A stretch of DNA of 64,000 nucleotides. It comes from Anaeramoeba ignava BMAN (lineage: Eukaryota; Protista; Anaeramoebae). The position numbers were made by a program, and so were the translations under genes. The stretch spans positions 744,001 through 808,000 of the forward strand of contig JAPDFW010000114.1 of NCBI GenBank assembly GCA_028826165.1, read 5' to 3'. Positions within the stretch are counted from its first letter, which is position 1. Every line of letters begins with the position of its first letter. Below, piece by piece: positions 25,201 to 39,100 of the stretch. Below the pieces are notes generated by a model. The model made no database searches. It was given only the letters and a program-made list of their open reading frames with translations, and was not told the origin of the DNA.

Positions 25201-26349
25201 TTAATTCTCAATAATATTGGGATAATGCCGTTGTCTTTTTGTGTTGAAAACGAAAGCAAAATCAATCTTTATTTCCCAAAGAAATACATCACATTTGAAA
25301 AATACCTTGGAAAGAAACCCAGCGAAGAAAACATTATAGTTTTGATTCGACAAATTCTTCGTACAATGTGTTTCTTGCATTCGCATCAAGTCGAACTAAA
25401 AGAAATTTCCACAAAAAGTATTTTTGTTTCAGAAAATGAAGAAGAACTTCATGCCGTTTTTGAACCAAAAGCAATCAGTTTCAATATTTCCAAGAAAATC
25501 AACACTGAATACTATAATAATCTTGAAAAAAGTTTCCAGAATTTTTATTTCAAAGTTGCTCCTTTTTTACAATTCCCAAAATTCTCAATGGATAAAGAAG
25601 ATCCATTTTTCGGATATTTTTTACTTCAATCTTTTCTTATAAAACCAAAAAAATTTTCGTTTCCAGATTATTTTAAAAAATCATCCCGTATTTTTGAAGT
25701 TCCAAAAATGGAGCCAATCAATCAAGATTCAAAAGAAATTAAAAAATTTGTTCCACAAAAAGAAAAAGATAAATTTGCCATTCAAAAAATTCAAAAAATT
25801 ATTGATGTTGGTGATTTTATTGATTATGAGCTTCGAAAAAAGCAAATGAACAAAAAATTCAAATCAAAATCTAAATCAAAATCTAAATCAAACTCAAAAC
25901 TCAAATCAATATCAAGAAGTGTTTTATCAAGTCAATTTGTTATTGACAAAACACAAAATGAAGTTTATTTGTTTTCTCCAAGTCGATTTAGTCCAAAATT
26001 CCCATTTCCGTTTTTAATGGATTCGGATCGTCTTTTTTTCACTGATTTTGAAACAGCTGATTATTTTAATCTTGGCAAAATTCCCAAAGTTCAAAACGAA
26101 AAAAATCCTCAAAAAGATCCAATTTATACTATATTTATTTATCAAGTTAATTTAGCTAAAATTTTAACTCTTCAAGAAAATCAAAGTGAAATTTTGAAAA
26201 AACCTATTAATTGGGATGAAAAAAAATGCAATTCAATACAAACAAGTATTGGTTTGGATTCTAAATCAAAATCTCACGTATTTTATGTTCCTGATTCTTC
26301 TCATTCTTATCGAATTTATGAAATGGAATATTCAAGAAAAGAAAATTAA
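22216..26349 (+). CDS. Ankyrin-repeat protein with charged low-complexity linker, pseudokinase-like segment and degenerate PARP-like C-terminus; exons 22216-22299, 22367-22369, 22450-22557, 22638-22643, 22730-22732, 22840-22932, 23008-23010, 23083-23187, 23260-23262, 23331-23333, 23401-23464, 23537-26349 (frameshifts in the repeat region)
   Basis: SPLYQAI, TPLHLAV, IPLHLA and TPFD ankyrin motifs in successive exons; KDQSKHQS/KTEKEK repeats at ~23690-24480; RQILRTMCFLHSHQV resembles the kinase alphaE helix; ORF 24652-26349. Confidence 0.7.
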
Positions 26350-26535
26350 TTAATTAATTAATTAATTAAAACAACAATTTTTCTCCATTTTTTTTTTTCT
26401 TCTTTTTTTTTTTTAATAAAAAAAATTTTTTTTAATTTTTTTCTTTTTCATTTTTTTTCATTTTTTTTTTTTAAATTTAAAAAAATTTTTTTTCAATTTA
26501 TTTTAAAAAAAAAAAAACACACACAATAAAAAGAA

Positions 26536-29500
26536 ATGAGTGATAATAGACAAAAATTTTCACAAAATTCAAATAGAAGTCGAGGAAATTATCCAAAAAA
26601 ACCTTATAATAAATTTAATCAAAATTATCAAAATTATCCAAATCAAAATTATCCAAATCAAAATTATCCAAATCAAAATTATCCAAATTATCAATATTAT
26701 CCAAATCAAAATCAATATTATCCAAATCAAAATCAAAATTATCCATATTATCAACAACCATATATTCAACCAACATATACAAATCCAAATCCAAATACAT
26801 TTCAAAATATAAATATAAATATAAATTCAAATTCAAATCCAAATCCAAATCCAATTCAAAATCAAAATGTTGGAGATACAACTCAAACACAAATTCCAGT
26901 TATAATCAATCGACAAAAAGCAAAAGTCAATGTTGACAATAAACAAGAAATAAAACAAGAAAATAAAGATGAAATTAAAGATGAAATAAAACAAGAAATA
27001 AAACAAGAAAATAAAGATGAAATTAAACAAGAAATTAAAGATGGAAATAAAGATGAAAATAAAGATGAAAATAAAGATGAAAATAAAGATGAAATTAAAC
27101 AAGAAAATAAAGATGAAATTAAACAAGAAAATAAAGATGAAATTAAACAAGAAAATAAAGATGAAATTAAACAAGAAAATAAAGATGAAATTAAAGATGA
27201 AAATAAAGATGAAAATAAAGATGAAATTAAACAAGAAATTAAAGATGAAATTAAACAAGAAAATAAAGATGAAATTAAAGATGAAATTAAAGATGAAAAT
27301 AAAGATGAAATTAAAGATGAAAATAAAGATGAAATTAAACAAGAAATTAAAGATGAAAATAAACAAGAAATTAAAGATGAAAATAAAGATGAAATTAAAC
27401 AAGAAATTAAAGATGAAATTAAACAAGAAATTAAAGATGAAATTAAAGATGAAATTAAAGATGAAAATAATGATGAAAATAAAAATGAAAATAAAAGAAA
27501 TTAAAGATGAAAATAAAAATGAAATTAAAGATGAAAATAAAGATGAAATTAAAGATGAAAATAAAGATGAAATTAAAGATGAAAATAAAGATGAAATTAA
27601 AGATGAAAATAAAGATGAAATTAAACAAGAAATTAAAGATGAAAATAAACAAGAAATTAAAGATGAAAATAAAGATGAAAATGAAGAAAAAAAAAATCCA
27701 ATTAAGAAAATTCGATATTCAAGAGAACAATTAGAACAAATGAGAGGTAATCAATCACCAGTTATTCAACATATTCCTAGAGGTATAGAGAAACTCATTG
27801 ATTTTAAAGTTGTTCTTAAAGCAAACAACCCTTGGAAATCGAATCCAGATGATGAATTTGATTATGAAAAAGAAAATGATATTGAAGCAAAAATTATGGA
27901 ATTTAGATCGTAAATAAATTCAAAAATAAATTCAAAAATATTTAAATTCAAAAATATTTAAATTCAAAAAATATTTAAATTAAAAAATATTTAAATTCAA
28001 AAATAATTAAATTCAAAAATAATTAAATTCAAAAATAATTAAATTCAAAATAATTAAATTCAAAAATAAATTCAAAAATAATTAAATTCAAAAATAAATT
28101 CAAAAATAATTAAATTCTAAATATTTAAATTCAAAAATAATTAAATTCAAAAATATTTAAATTCAAAAATAATTAAATTCAAAAATAAATTCAAAAATAT
28201 TTAAATTCAAAAATAAATTCAAAAATAAATTCAATAATAAATTCAAAAATAAATTCAAAAATATTTAAATTCAAAATTAAATTCAAAATAATTAAATTAA
28301 AAAATAAATCAAAAATAATTAAATTCAAAAATAATAAATTCAAAAATAATTAAATTAAAAATAATTTGAATTAAAAAATTTAGATTGCTAAATAAATTAG
28401 CTCGCCAAAATTTTCAAAAAATCTTAAACTCTTTTCTTGATATTCCGATTGAAAATTTACAAGAATTAAACAGAGTGATTGATTTATTTTTCCAAAAAGC
28501 AATTGAAGAAGAATTCTATTCTGATCTTTATTCAGATTTTGCATCAAGTTTGAATCAAAATTACAAATTAGCATTTCAAGATCCAAAAAAAAAAGATAAC
28601 AAAACAAATTTCAAAAAACAATTACTTCGAAAATGTCAATCTTTATATAAAAAATCAGTAAATTCATTCAAAAAAGATGATTCTGATTTAACAGATGAAA
28701 AAAAGAAAAAAATAAGAAGAGAAGCTCTTGGAAATGCAAAATTTATTGGAGAACTTTATCGAAATGAACTTATAAAATCAAACATTATGTACAAATGTTT
28801 GGATGAACTTTTTCAAGATGTTCAAGATGATTCTATTGAAACTGCTTGTAAATTATTAATTACTGTTGGTTCGAAATTGTTAAGAGATGCTCAAAAAGAA
28901 TTAGCAAAAAATAAAGGAATTAGGGAAAAAAAAAAACCTAAAAGTGTTTATAAATATAACTTAACAGTTGAAAGTTTATCTAAATCTAAAAAATTAACAC
29001 CAAGAATTAAATTTAAACTGATGGTATTTTATCCAAATATTAAAATTAAAATTAAATTTAAAATTAAAATTAAAATTAAAATTAAAATTAAAATTAAAAT
29101 TAAAATTAAAATTAAAATTAAAATTATAACTAAATTTAAAATTAAAATTAAAATTAAAATTAAAATTAAAATTAAAATTAAAATTAAAATTAAAATTAAA
29201 ATTAAAATTAAAATTAAAATTAAAATTAAAATTAAAATTAAAATTAAAATTAAAATTAAATTTAAAATTAAAATCAAAATTAAAATTACATTTAAAATTA
29301 AAATTAAAATTAAATTTAAAATTAAAATTATAGGATGTAAAAGATTTATTTAATGGTGAATGGAAACAACCAACTAAACTTAATCAATCAACTCCAAATT
29401 TACGTCTATGGAAACGTCCAACAAAACAAAGTATAAAATTCAAACTTATTTATGAAAAAAATAACAAAAATTTTAATTGTTTATTATTTTTTTAATTTGT

Positions 29501-30359
29501 TTAGAACCTGAAGTATTTCAACAACAATCACAAACAGAGTAAAAATTAAAATTAAAATTAAATTTAAAATTAAAATTAAAAATTAAAAATTAAAATTAAA
29601 ATTAAAATTAAAATTAAAATTAAAATTAAAATTAAAATTAAATATTAAAATTTAAATTTAAATTTAAAATTAAAATTAAAATTAAAATTAAAATTAAAAT
29701 TAAAATTAAAATTAAAATTTAAATTAAAATTAAAATTAAATTTAAAATTAAATTTAAAATTAAAATTAAAATTTAAATTAAAATTAAAATTAAAATTAAA
29801 ATTAAATTTAAAATTAAATTTAAAATTAAAATTAAAATCAAAATTAAAATTAAAATTAAAATTAAAATTAAAAAAAAATAGTCAAGAAATGAGAGAACTC
29901 ATTTCGAATTTCAAAGAAAAAGATCGTTCATTAATCTCCAATTTTCCAAACATAATTCAAAAACTTACATTTCCACGAATTTTTTGTTCATTTTGTGAAT
30001 GTATTTTTGATTCTAAAGAAGTTGGTGAATTAATAGATTTTTATTTTGAATTAATTTCTGAATCAAAAGAAATTATAAAACAAACATCAAATCAAGCAAT
30101 TCAAGATCAATCAAAAAATTTGAAAAATTTAATAATTGATTCACCAAAAGCACATGAATGGTTTGCAGATATTATTAGAGACATGATTTTGGAAGAATTT
30201 GTTGAAGCATCAATTATTTCTGAAATTTTGAAAATTTTTGATTCATCAAAAATTCTCGAAACAAAAATTCCATCTTTTATTGAAATTTTATTAGATATAG
30301 AAGAAAAGGAAAAACAAGATCTTTTCAATTCTTGTATTCCTGATAAATTCAAAAATTAA
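26536..30359 (+). CDS. EIF4G: Translation initiation factor eIF4G-like (MIF4G + MA3-like); exons 26536-27909 (frameshift ~27500), 28384-29023, 29334-29430, 29505-29538, 29882-30359
   Basis: IRYSREQL 4E-binding-like motif; FRSLLNKL, LFFQKAIEEEFYSDLYS, FKKQLLRKCQ, ALGNAKFIGELY, IETACKLLITVG and RIKFKLMDV are MIF4G hallmarks. Confidence 0.88.
26940..27685 (+). repeat. Coding 12-nt tandem repeat (KDEN/KDEI/KQEI/KQEN) in eIF4G
   Basis: AAAGATGAAA(A/T)T / AAACAAGAAA(A/T)T units. Confidence 0.85.
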
Positions 30360-31140
30360 TTCAATTTAAAAATTAAAATCAATTTAAAAATCAATTTAAA
30401 AATTAAAATCAATTTAAAAATCAATTTAAAAATTAAAATCAATTAAAATCAATTTAAAAATTAAAATTAATTTAAAAATTAAAATCAATTTAAAAATCAA
30501 TTTAAAAATTAAAATCAATTTAAAAATTAAAATCAATTTAAAAATTAAAATCAATTCAAAAATTAAATTCAATTTAAAAATTAAAATCAATTTAAAAATT
30601 AAAATCAATTTAAAAATTAAAATCAATTTAAAAATTAAAATCAATTTAAAAATTAAATTCAATTCAAAAATTAAAATCAATTTAAAAATTAAAATCAATT
30701 TAAAAATTAATTTAAAAATTAAAATCAATTTAAAAATTAAATTCAATTTAAAAATTAAAATCAATTTAAATTAAATCAATTTAAAAATTAAAATCAATTT
30801 AAATTAAATCAATTTAAATTCAATTCAATTTAAAAATCAATTTAAAACCAAATCAAAAAATTAAATTCAATTTAAAAATTAAATTCAATTTAAAAATTCA
30901 ATTCAATTTAAAAATTAAAATCAATTTAAAAATCAAATTCAATTTAAAAATTAAAATCAATTTAAAAATTAAAATCAATTTAAAAATTAAAATCAATTTA
31001 AAAATTAAAATCAATTTAAAAATTAAAATCAATTTAAAAATTAAAATTAATTTAAAAATTAAAACCAATTTAAATTCAATTCAATTCAATTCAATTTAAA
31101 TTCAATTCAATTTAAAAATCAATTTAAAAATCAAAATTGA
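30360..31140. repeat. Intergenic 18-mer AATTTAAAAATTAAAATC minisatellite
   Basis: Tandem units directly after the eIF4G stop codon. Confidence 0.85.
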
Positions 31141-31597
31141 AATTTAAATTTGATAATCTTTTGATCAAGTTTTTCCCTTTTAATTTCCTTTTTAATTCCC
31201 ATTTTTCTTTTCACCTTTTTTTTAATTTTTCAATTCTTTTTTGCTTTTTTTTCTTTTCAAATTTCTGATTTAATCCAAAATAAAAAAATTAAATAAAAAA
31301 AAAATAAGAAAAGAATTATTTTTTATTTCTCTTTTATTAAATTAAAAGCAAATAAAACAAAAAGAAGAAAAAGAATAAAAATGATCAATAAAGAAATAAA
31401 TAAATAAACAAATAAATAAATAAGAAAAATGTTCCACGTTTTTTTAAATTTTAAATTAAAAAATAAATAAAAAAACAAGAAACAAAATTAAAATTTAAAT
31501 TTAATTTTTTTTTTAATTTTAATTTTTTCACTTTTTTATTTTCCAATTTTATCTTTTTTTATCTTTTTTTATCTTTTTTTATTTTTTAAAAAAAAAA

Positions 31598-34464
31598 ATG
31601 CAAATTGATTTTGAAACCCTAAAAAATATCAAGTCACCAAATGAACTCAAATTATTTTCAGTAAAATATTAAAATTAAAATAAAAATAATAATAAACAAA
31701 AATTAAAAAAACCAAATTTAACGAAATTTAAACAATTAAAAAAAAAATTTTCCAACTCATAAAATCATTTCATCAAAAAAATTAAAATTAAAAATTAAAA
31801 ATTAAATTGAAAAAAGAATGATCTAAATCATTCAATCCAAATCTTACATACAATAACAAAACATAATGGAAAACTTGTTAAATATGCAGATTCTTGGTCA
31901 AATTCTCAAACTGAAGGTTCTCTTTATCATTTTATGTAAGTTAATTAAATTAAAATTTTATTTTAAAAAAAAAAAAAGAAAAAACAAATTCATTTTTTTT
32001 CATTTTTTAATAATAAAAAGTTCACAAGTAATTCTTCAGATAAATAGTCAAAATGAAAGAACAGCAACACTTATTAATGCATTTACTGGATTTTCACAAA
32101 CAATACAGTAAAAATTAAAATTATAATTAAAAATTAAAATTAAAATTAAAATTAAAATTAAAATTCATTTATAATTAAAATTCATTTATAAAATTAAAAT
32201 TCATTTATAAAATTAAAATTAAAATTAAAATTAAAATTAAAATTCATTTATAAAATTCATTTATAAAATTAAAATTCATTTATAAAATTAAAATTAAAAT
32301 TAAAATTAAAATTAAAATTAAAATTAAAATTAAAATTAAAATTAAAATTAAAATTAAAATTAAAATTAAAATTAAAATTAAAATTAAAATTAAAATTAAA
32401 ATTAAAATTAAAATTAAAATTAAAATTAAAATTAAAATTAAAATTAAAATTAAAATTAAAATTAAAATTAAAATTAAAATTAAAAATTAAAATTAAAATT
32501 AAAATAAAAATTAAAAATAAAATTAAAATTCATTTATAAAATTAAAATTAAAATTAAAATTAAAATTAAAATTAAAATTAAAATTAAAATTAAAATTAAA
32601 ATTAAAATTAAAATTTAAAATTAAAATTAAAATTTAAAATTAAAATTAAAATCAAAATTCATTTATAAAATTAAAATTAAAATTAAAATTAAAATTCATT
32701 TATAAAATTAAAATTAAAATTAAAATTAAAATTCATTTATAAAATTAAAATTAAAATTAAAATTAAAATTAAAATCAAATTAAAATTAAAATTCATTTAT
32801 AAAATTAAATTTAAAATTAAAATCAAAATTAAAATTAAAATTAAAATTAAAATTAAAATTAAAATTAAAATTAAAATTAAAATTAAAATTAAAATTAAAA
32901 TTAAAATTAAAATTCATTTATAAAATTAAAATTAAAATTAAAATCAAAATTAAAATTTAAATTAAAATCAAAATCAAAATTAAGAAATGTATTGTTAAAA
33001 TATCAAAAATATGAAGAAGTTAGCACAAAAGTAAGATCAATTGAAGAAGAATTAAAAACAGAAAGACGAAGATCATCAATATCACAAGAATCACAAAAAA
33101 GAGCACAAAAAAAAGGAAATCAATTAAGAGTCAGTATATCACAAACAGAGATTCAAGAATCAACTGGGAAAATAGAACAATTAGTAAAGGATTTAGAGAA
33201 AGAAACAGAAAAACAAGTTAAACTAGGAAAACAATTCAAAAGTTATTATTTAATGACAATAAGAAAAGCACTTATTTTATTAACAAAAAATCAAATTGAA
33301 TATTTTCGAAACAGAATTGATGATTTAAAAAAGCAAGCCATTGCCGTTGATAATTTACCTGATGAAATACAAATTGGAGATTCTCAAATTGATACAAAAA
33401 TGAATAAAAAAACGAATAAAAAAATGAATAAAAAAACGAATAAAAAAATGAATAAAAAAATGAATACAAAAATGAATAAAAAAATGAATACAAAAATTGA
33501 TAAAAAAAACAATCAAAAAACGAATAAAGAAATTGTCAAAAAACTTGATGACAGTTTGAATTCAATTAATACAGGTTTCAAAAATCTTAATCAATCAACC
33601 AAACACAGACTTGAAAAAGATCGTTTTCCTGGTTGTAAAGTACTAAAAATGAAAAGGCTTCAAGAAAATCAAAAATTAAATCAAATTTCAACTCAATTCC
33701 AAACTTCAAATAATTTAAATCAAAATCAAACAAAGAATGAAATTCAAAAAAAGAATCAAAATGAAAATCAAATCAAAAAAAAGAATGAAAATGAAACTCC
33801 AAAAAAAGTCGATGAAAAAAAGAAACAAAATCCAAATCAAATTAAAAGTCAAACCAAAAAAAAGAAACAAAATCAAAATCAAGCTCAAACTCCAAAAAAA
33901 GTAAATGAAAAAAAGAATGAAAATGAAACTCCAAAAAAAGTAAATGAAACTAAAAAAAAGGATGAAATTACAAATCAAATTAAAAATGAAATTAAAAAAA
34001 AGAAACAAAATCAAAATCAAGCTCAAACTCCAAAAAAAGTAAATGAAAAAAAGAATCAAAATCAAATTAAAAATGATACTAAAAATGAAACTAAAAATGA
34101 TACTAAAAATGAAACTAAAAATGAAACTAAAAATGAAACTAAAAATGAAACTAAAAATGAAACTAAAAATGAAACTCAAACTCCAAAAAAAGTAAATCAA
34201 AAAAAGAATAAAAAGATTCAAATCCAAACTCCAAAAACAGTAAATGAAAAAAAGAATGAAAAAATTCCAAATGAAATCCAAATTCAAATCAGAAATAAAT
34301 ACAAAAGTTTATCTCAACAAGAAATTAAAAGAAAATTTCAAAACAGAAAAAGTCAACCAATTTTTAATAAAAATAATACAAACAAAGTTGAAAGCAAAAC
34401 TCTTGATAATAAAGAAATGAAATCAGAAATTGAAAGCAAAGCGAATCCCAAATCCAAAATTTGA
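31598..34464 (+). CDS. Hypothetical protein with BAR-like coiled-coil N-terminus and K/N/Q-rich TPKK-repeat tail; exons 31598-31660, 31817-31935, 32021-32107, 32985-34464
   Basis: In-phase GT-AG joins give a continuous helical region. The tail has repeated (E/Q)TPKKV motifs matching the CDK consensus S/T-P-x-K. Confidence 0.6.
32108..32984 (+). repeat. (AAAATT)n intron with interspersed CATTTAT units
   Basis: Hexamer array bounded by GT and AG. Confidence 0.85.
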
Positions 34465-34914
34465 ATTGAATTAAAATTAAATTAAATTATTTTTGAATTG
34501 AATTAAAATTTGAATTGAATTGAATTAAATTGAATTAAAATTGAATTAAATTGAATTGAATTATTTTTGGAATTAAAATTAAATTGAATTAAAATTTGAA
34601 TTGAATTAAAATTGAATCGAATTGAATTATTTTGAAATTAAATTGAATTATTTTTGAAATTAAAATTTGAATCGAATTAAGATTATTTTGAAATTGAATT
34701 GAATTGAATTGAATTGAATTAAAATTTGAATCGAATTAAGATTATTTTGAAATTGAATTGATTATTTAATCCAAATCAAAAAATAAAAGAAAAAACAAAA
34801 CAAAATTATTTCAAATTTTTTTTTATTCAAAAAAGAATTTTAAAGAAAAAAGAAAAAGAAAAAATTTAAAAAAAAAAACGTCAAAGAAATAAGAGAAAAA
34901 AAAAGAAGAAATTG

Positions 34915-35481
34915 TTAATTAGACTCTTTTGAAATGACAGTAAATTCACAAGCCGGAATTAAAGAGCAATGAACATCCACATCAGCATCAATTCCCAAAG
35001 CGGATAAAGCACCACGAATAAGACCGCAAGGAAAATACAAAAAACGTTGAACAATTTGGATTTGATTTTCATTCAAGTCAAATTTCTTAAGGTTTTTTCC
35101 ATCAAAAGGAAAAGAAAGATTGCGCAACGGACGGAAATTTTCATCACGAATAATCCACATTCCTCGATGATTTGTTTTTAAATTATCAACGTTTTTTCCA
35201 AATAATAAAGTCCAAAAATCTTTGCATAAAAATCGTATTATATCAACTTGCTCGCGAAATCGCGAACGATCTTTTGTGTAACGGTCGGCTAGTTTTTGTC
35301 CGATTTGATAGCCTGCGTTACTTAGTTTAGCCTTCGTTATTTTTTTTTGATCTTCTGGATCATTTATAAAATCTTCATTGTTTTCTTCTTTGGTTGGTTC
35401 GCTTGGCTCAGATACTGATGATACTACGTAGTTTACAAATTCGTTCAGTAATAAACTCCATATACTTTCTGATACGCTCAT
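34915..35481 (-). CDS. TRAPPC6: TRAPP complex subunit 6 (Trs33)
   Basis: LSNAGYQIGQKL, DIIRFLCKDFWTLLFGKNVDNLKTNHRG, FPCGLIRGALSALG, PACEF. Confidence 0.95.
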   Translation of the reverse strand: MSVSESIWSLLLNEFVNYVVSSVSEPSEPTKEENNEDFINDPEDQKKITKAKLSNAGYQIGQKLADRYTKDRSRFREQVDIIRFLCKDFWTLLFGKNVDNLKTNHRGMWIIRDENFRPLRNLSFPFDGKNLKKFDLNENQIQIVQRFLYFPCGLIRGALSALGIDADVDVHCSLIPACEFTVISKESN

Positions 35482-36140
35482 TTTATGTTTTAATTTGTTT
35501 TTTTGAATAAGAAAAAAAATGAATTTTTTATTTTTTTATTTTTTTATTTTTTATTTATTTTTTATTTATGACTCATTTTTTGTTTTTTTTTGTAATTTTG
35601 TTTTTTTTTTTTTAATTAATTCCACTTTTTTAATTCCACTTTAATTGAATTCAATTTAAATCAAAATTTAAATCAAAATTAAAATTAAAATCAAAATCAA
35701 AATCTAAATCTAAATCAAAATCAAAATTAAAATCTAAATCAAATCAAAATCTAAATCAAATCAAAAACTAAATTAAAATCAAAATCTAAATCAAAATTAA
35801 AATCAAAATCAAAATCAAAATCAAAATCAAAATCAAAATCAAATTCAAAATTAAAATCAAAATCAAAATCAAAATCAAAATCAAATTCAAAATTAAAATC
35901 AAAATCAAAATCAAAATCAAAATCAAATTCAAAATTAAAATCAAAATCAAAATCAAAATCAAAATAAAAATCAAAATCAAATTTAATCAAATAAAAGAAG
36001 AAAAGGGAAAAAAGGGAAAAAATTTTTTTTCTTAATTTATTATTTGGTTTTTTTTTTTTAATTTGAAAAAAATTTTTTTCATTTTTCGTTCATTTTTTTT
36101 CTTTCTTCTTATTTCTTATTTTTTTATTTTTTTATTTTAA

Positions 36141-39100
36141 ATGAAACCAAATACAAACTTTCCACAACCAGGACCACTCACACGACAAAAATCAAGACAT
36201 TTTTGGTTAATTGAAAATGAGAAAGATGAGTAAGTTTCTAATTGTATTTTTTTTTTAATTTTTATTGATTGTTATTTTATTTTATTTTATTTTGTTTTAT
36301 TGCTTTTTTTTAAATATTTGGAGTTTCCAAAAAATAACAAAAAAATTAAAATAAAAAAATTATTTAAAACAAAAAATTCCAATTTAAATTCTAATTTAAT
36401 TTTTAATTTAATTTCCAATTTAATTTTTAATTTAATTTCCATTTAATTTCCATTTAATTTTTAATTTAATTTTTAATTTAATTTCCAATTTAATTTTTAA
36501 TTTAATTTTTAATTGAAAAAATTCCAATTTAATTTTTAATTTAATTTTTAATTTAATTTTTTTAGACTTTTAAAGGATTCTGGCTTAATTCTTGATTATC
36601 AAACCGTTGATGATCTTGGATTTTTAGGTTTTTTTATTATGTTTTTTTTAACAAAAACCTTTCTTATTCTTTTAATTCATTTCTAATTTTAGAAAAACAA
36701 GAGAAAGTTAAAAAAGAAGATATTGAAAAAAAAGGATTAGATTTCCAAAATGAAAAGAATCAACTTCTTTGGAAATTAATGTCTGCTTATTTAGATTCAA
36801 GTAATCATTTAATAAATTAAAATTAAAATTAAAATTAAAATTAAAATTATAATTAAATTTAAAATTTAAAATCAAAATCAAAATCAAAATTAAAATTAAA
36901 ATTAAAATTAAAATTAAAATTAAAATTAAAATTAAAATTAAAAATTAAAATTAAAATTAAAATTAAAATTAAAATTAAAATTAAAATTAAAATTAAAATT
37001 AAAATTAAAATTAAAATTAAAATTAAAATTAAAATTAAAATTAAAATTAAAATTAAAATTAAAATTAAAATTAAAATTAAAATTAAAATTTAAAATTAAA
37101 ATTAAAATTAAAATTAAAATTCAAATTAAAATTAAAATTAAAATTAAAATTAAAATTAAAATTAAAAATTAAAATTAAAATTAAAATTAAAATCAAAATC
37201 AAAATCAAAATTAAAATTAAAATCAAAATTGAAATCAAAATCAAAATCAAAATCAAAATTAATATTAAAATTAAAATTATAAAAAAAAGATCCAACTTGC
37301 ATTCAAAGACAAATTGTTAATCATATTGAATACACAATTGCTAGATCACGTTTTAATTTTGATATTTTTGGAGCTTATCTTGCAACAAGTTATTCTGTTC
37401 GAGATCGTTTAATTGAACTTTGGAATGATACACAACAACATTATCATCATGTTTATGCAAAACAAGTTTATTATTTCTCTGTTGAATTTTTATTAGGAAG
37501 ATTTCTTCAAAATGCAATTTTAAATTTGAATTTAGATTCAAATTATCGAGATGTAAAAATAATTTAGAAATAATTTAATTCAAAAATAAATTTAGAAATA
37601 AATTAAGAAATAATTTAATTTAAAAATAAATTTAATTTAGAAATAATTTAATTCAAAAATAAATTAAATTTAAAAATAAATTTAATTCAAAAATAATTTA
37701 ATTCAAAAATAAATTTAATTCAGAAATAATTTAATTCAAAAATAATTTAATTTAAAAATAAATTTAATTTAAAAATAAATTTAAAAATAAATTTAATTTA
37801 AAAATAAATTTAAAAATAAATTTAATTTAAAAATAAATTTAAAAATAAATTTAATTTAAAAATAAATTTAAAAATAAATTTAATTTAAAAATAATTAAAT
37901 TCAAAAATAAATTTAATTCAAAAATAATTTAATTCAAAAATAATTTAATTTAAAAATAAGGCGCTGAAAGGTTTAGGTTATACTATGGAAGAAATTTATG
38001 AACAAGAATATGATCCTGCTTTAGGGAATGGAGGATTAGGAAGACTTGCTGCTTGTATGCTTGATTCATTATCAAGTCAAAATTATCCTTGTTGGGGTTA
38101 TGGATTAAGATATAATTATGGGATGTTTAAACAAGAAATTGATGATGATGGAAAACAAGTAAATTAAATTAATATTTAAATTAAAATTAATATTTAAATT
38201 AAATTAATATTTAAATTAATAATTTAAATTAAATTAAATAAAATTAAATAAAATTAAATCAAATTAAATTAAAATTAAATTAAATTAAATCAAATTAAAT
38301 TAATATTTAAATTAAATAAAATTAAATCAAATTAAAATTAAATTAAATAAAATTAAAGATTGAAAAAGTTGATTATTGGTTAACACATGGAGCACCTTGG
38401 CAAATTGAAAATATGCTTATTCAAATTCCTGTTCATTTTTATGGTCATGTTATATCAATTGAGAATAAACGTAAATGGGTTAGTGAATTAACTGTAATTG
38501 CTCAAGCAAATGATATTTTTATCCCAGGATATGGAACAGATAACACAAACACATTAAGATTATGGTCATCAAAACCTTCTACAGTAAATATTTATATATT
38601 AAAATTAAAATTCATTTTAAAAATGAAAATTAAAATTAAAATTATTAAAATTAAAAATTAATATTAAAATTAAAAATTAAAATTAAAAATAAAATTAAAA
38701 ATTAAAATTAAAATTAATATTAAAATTAAAAATAAAATTAAAAATTAAAATTAAAATGAAAATTAAAATTAAAATTAAAATTAAAAATTAATATCAAATT
38801 AATATTAAAATTAAAATTAAAAATTAATAAAATTAAAAATTAAAAAGGAATTCGATCTAGGAAGATTCAATCAAGGAGATTACTATTCAGCACTTTCACA
38901 AAAACAACTATCAGAAAACCTAACAAGTGTACTTTATCCTGATGACTCAACAGACGAAGGAAGAAAACTTCGACTTCAACAAGAATACTTCTTATCATCA
39001 GCATCAATGAAAGACATAATCCGACGAGTAACAAAGAGTTACAAGATGCCAATCACTGATGTTCCAAAATTATGCGCAATTCAATTAAACGACACACATC

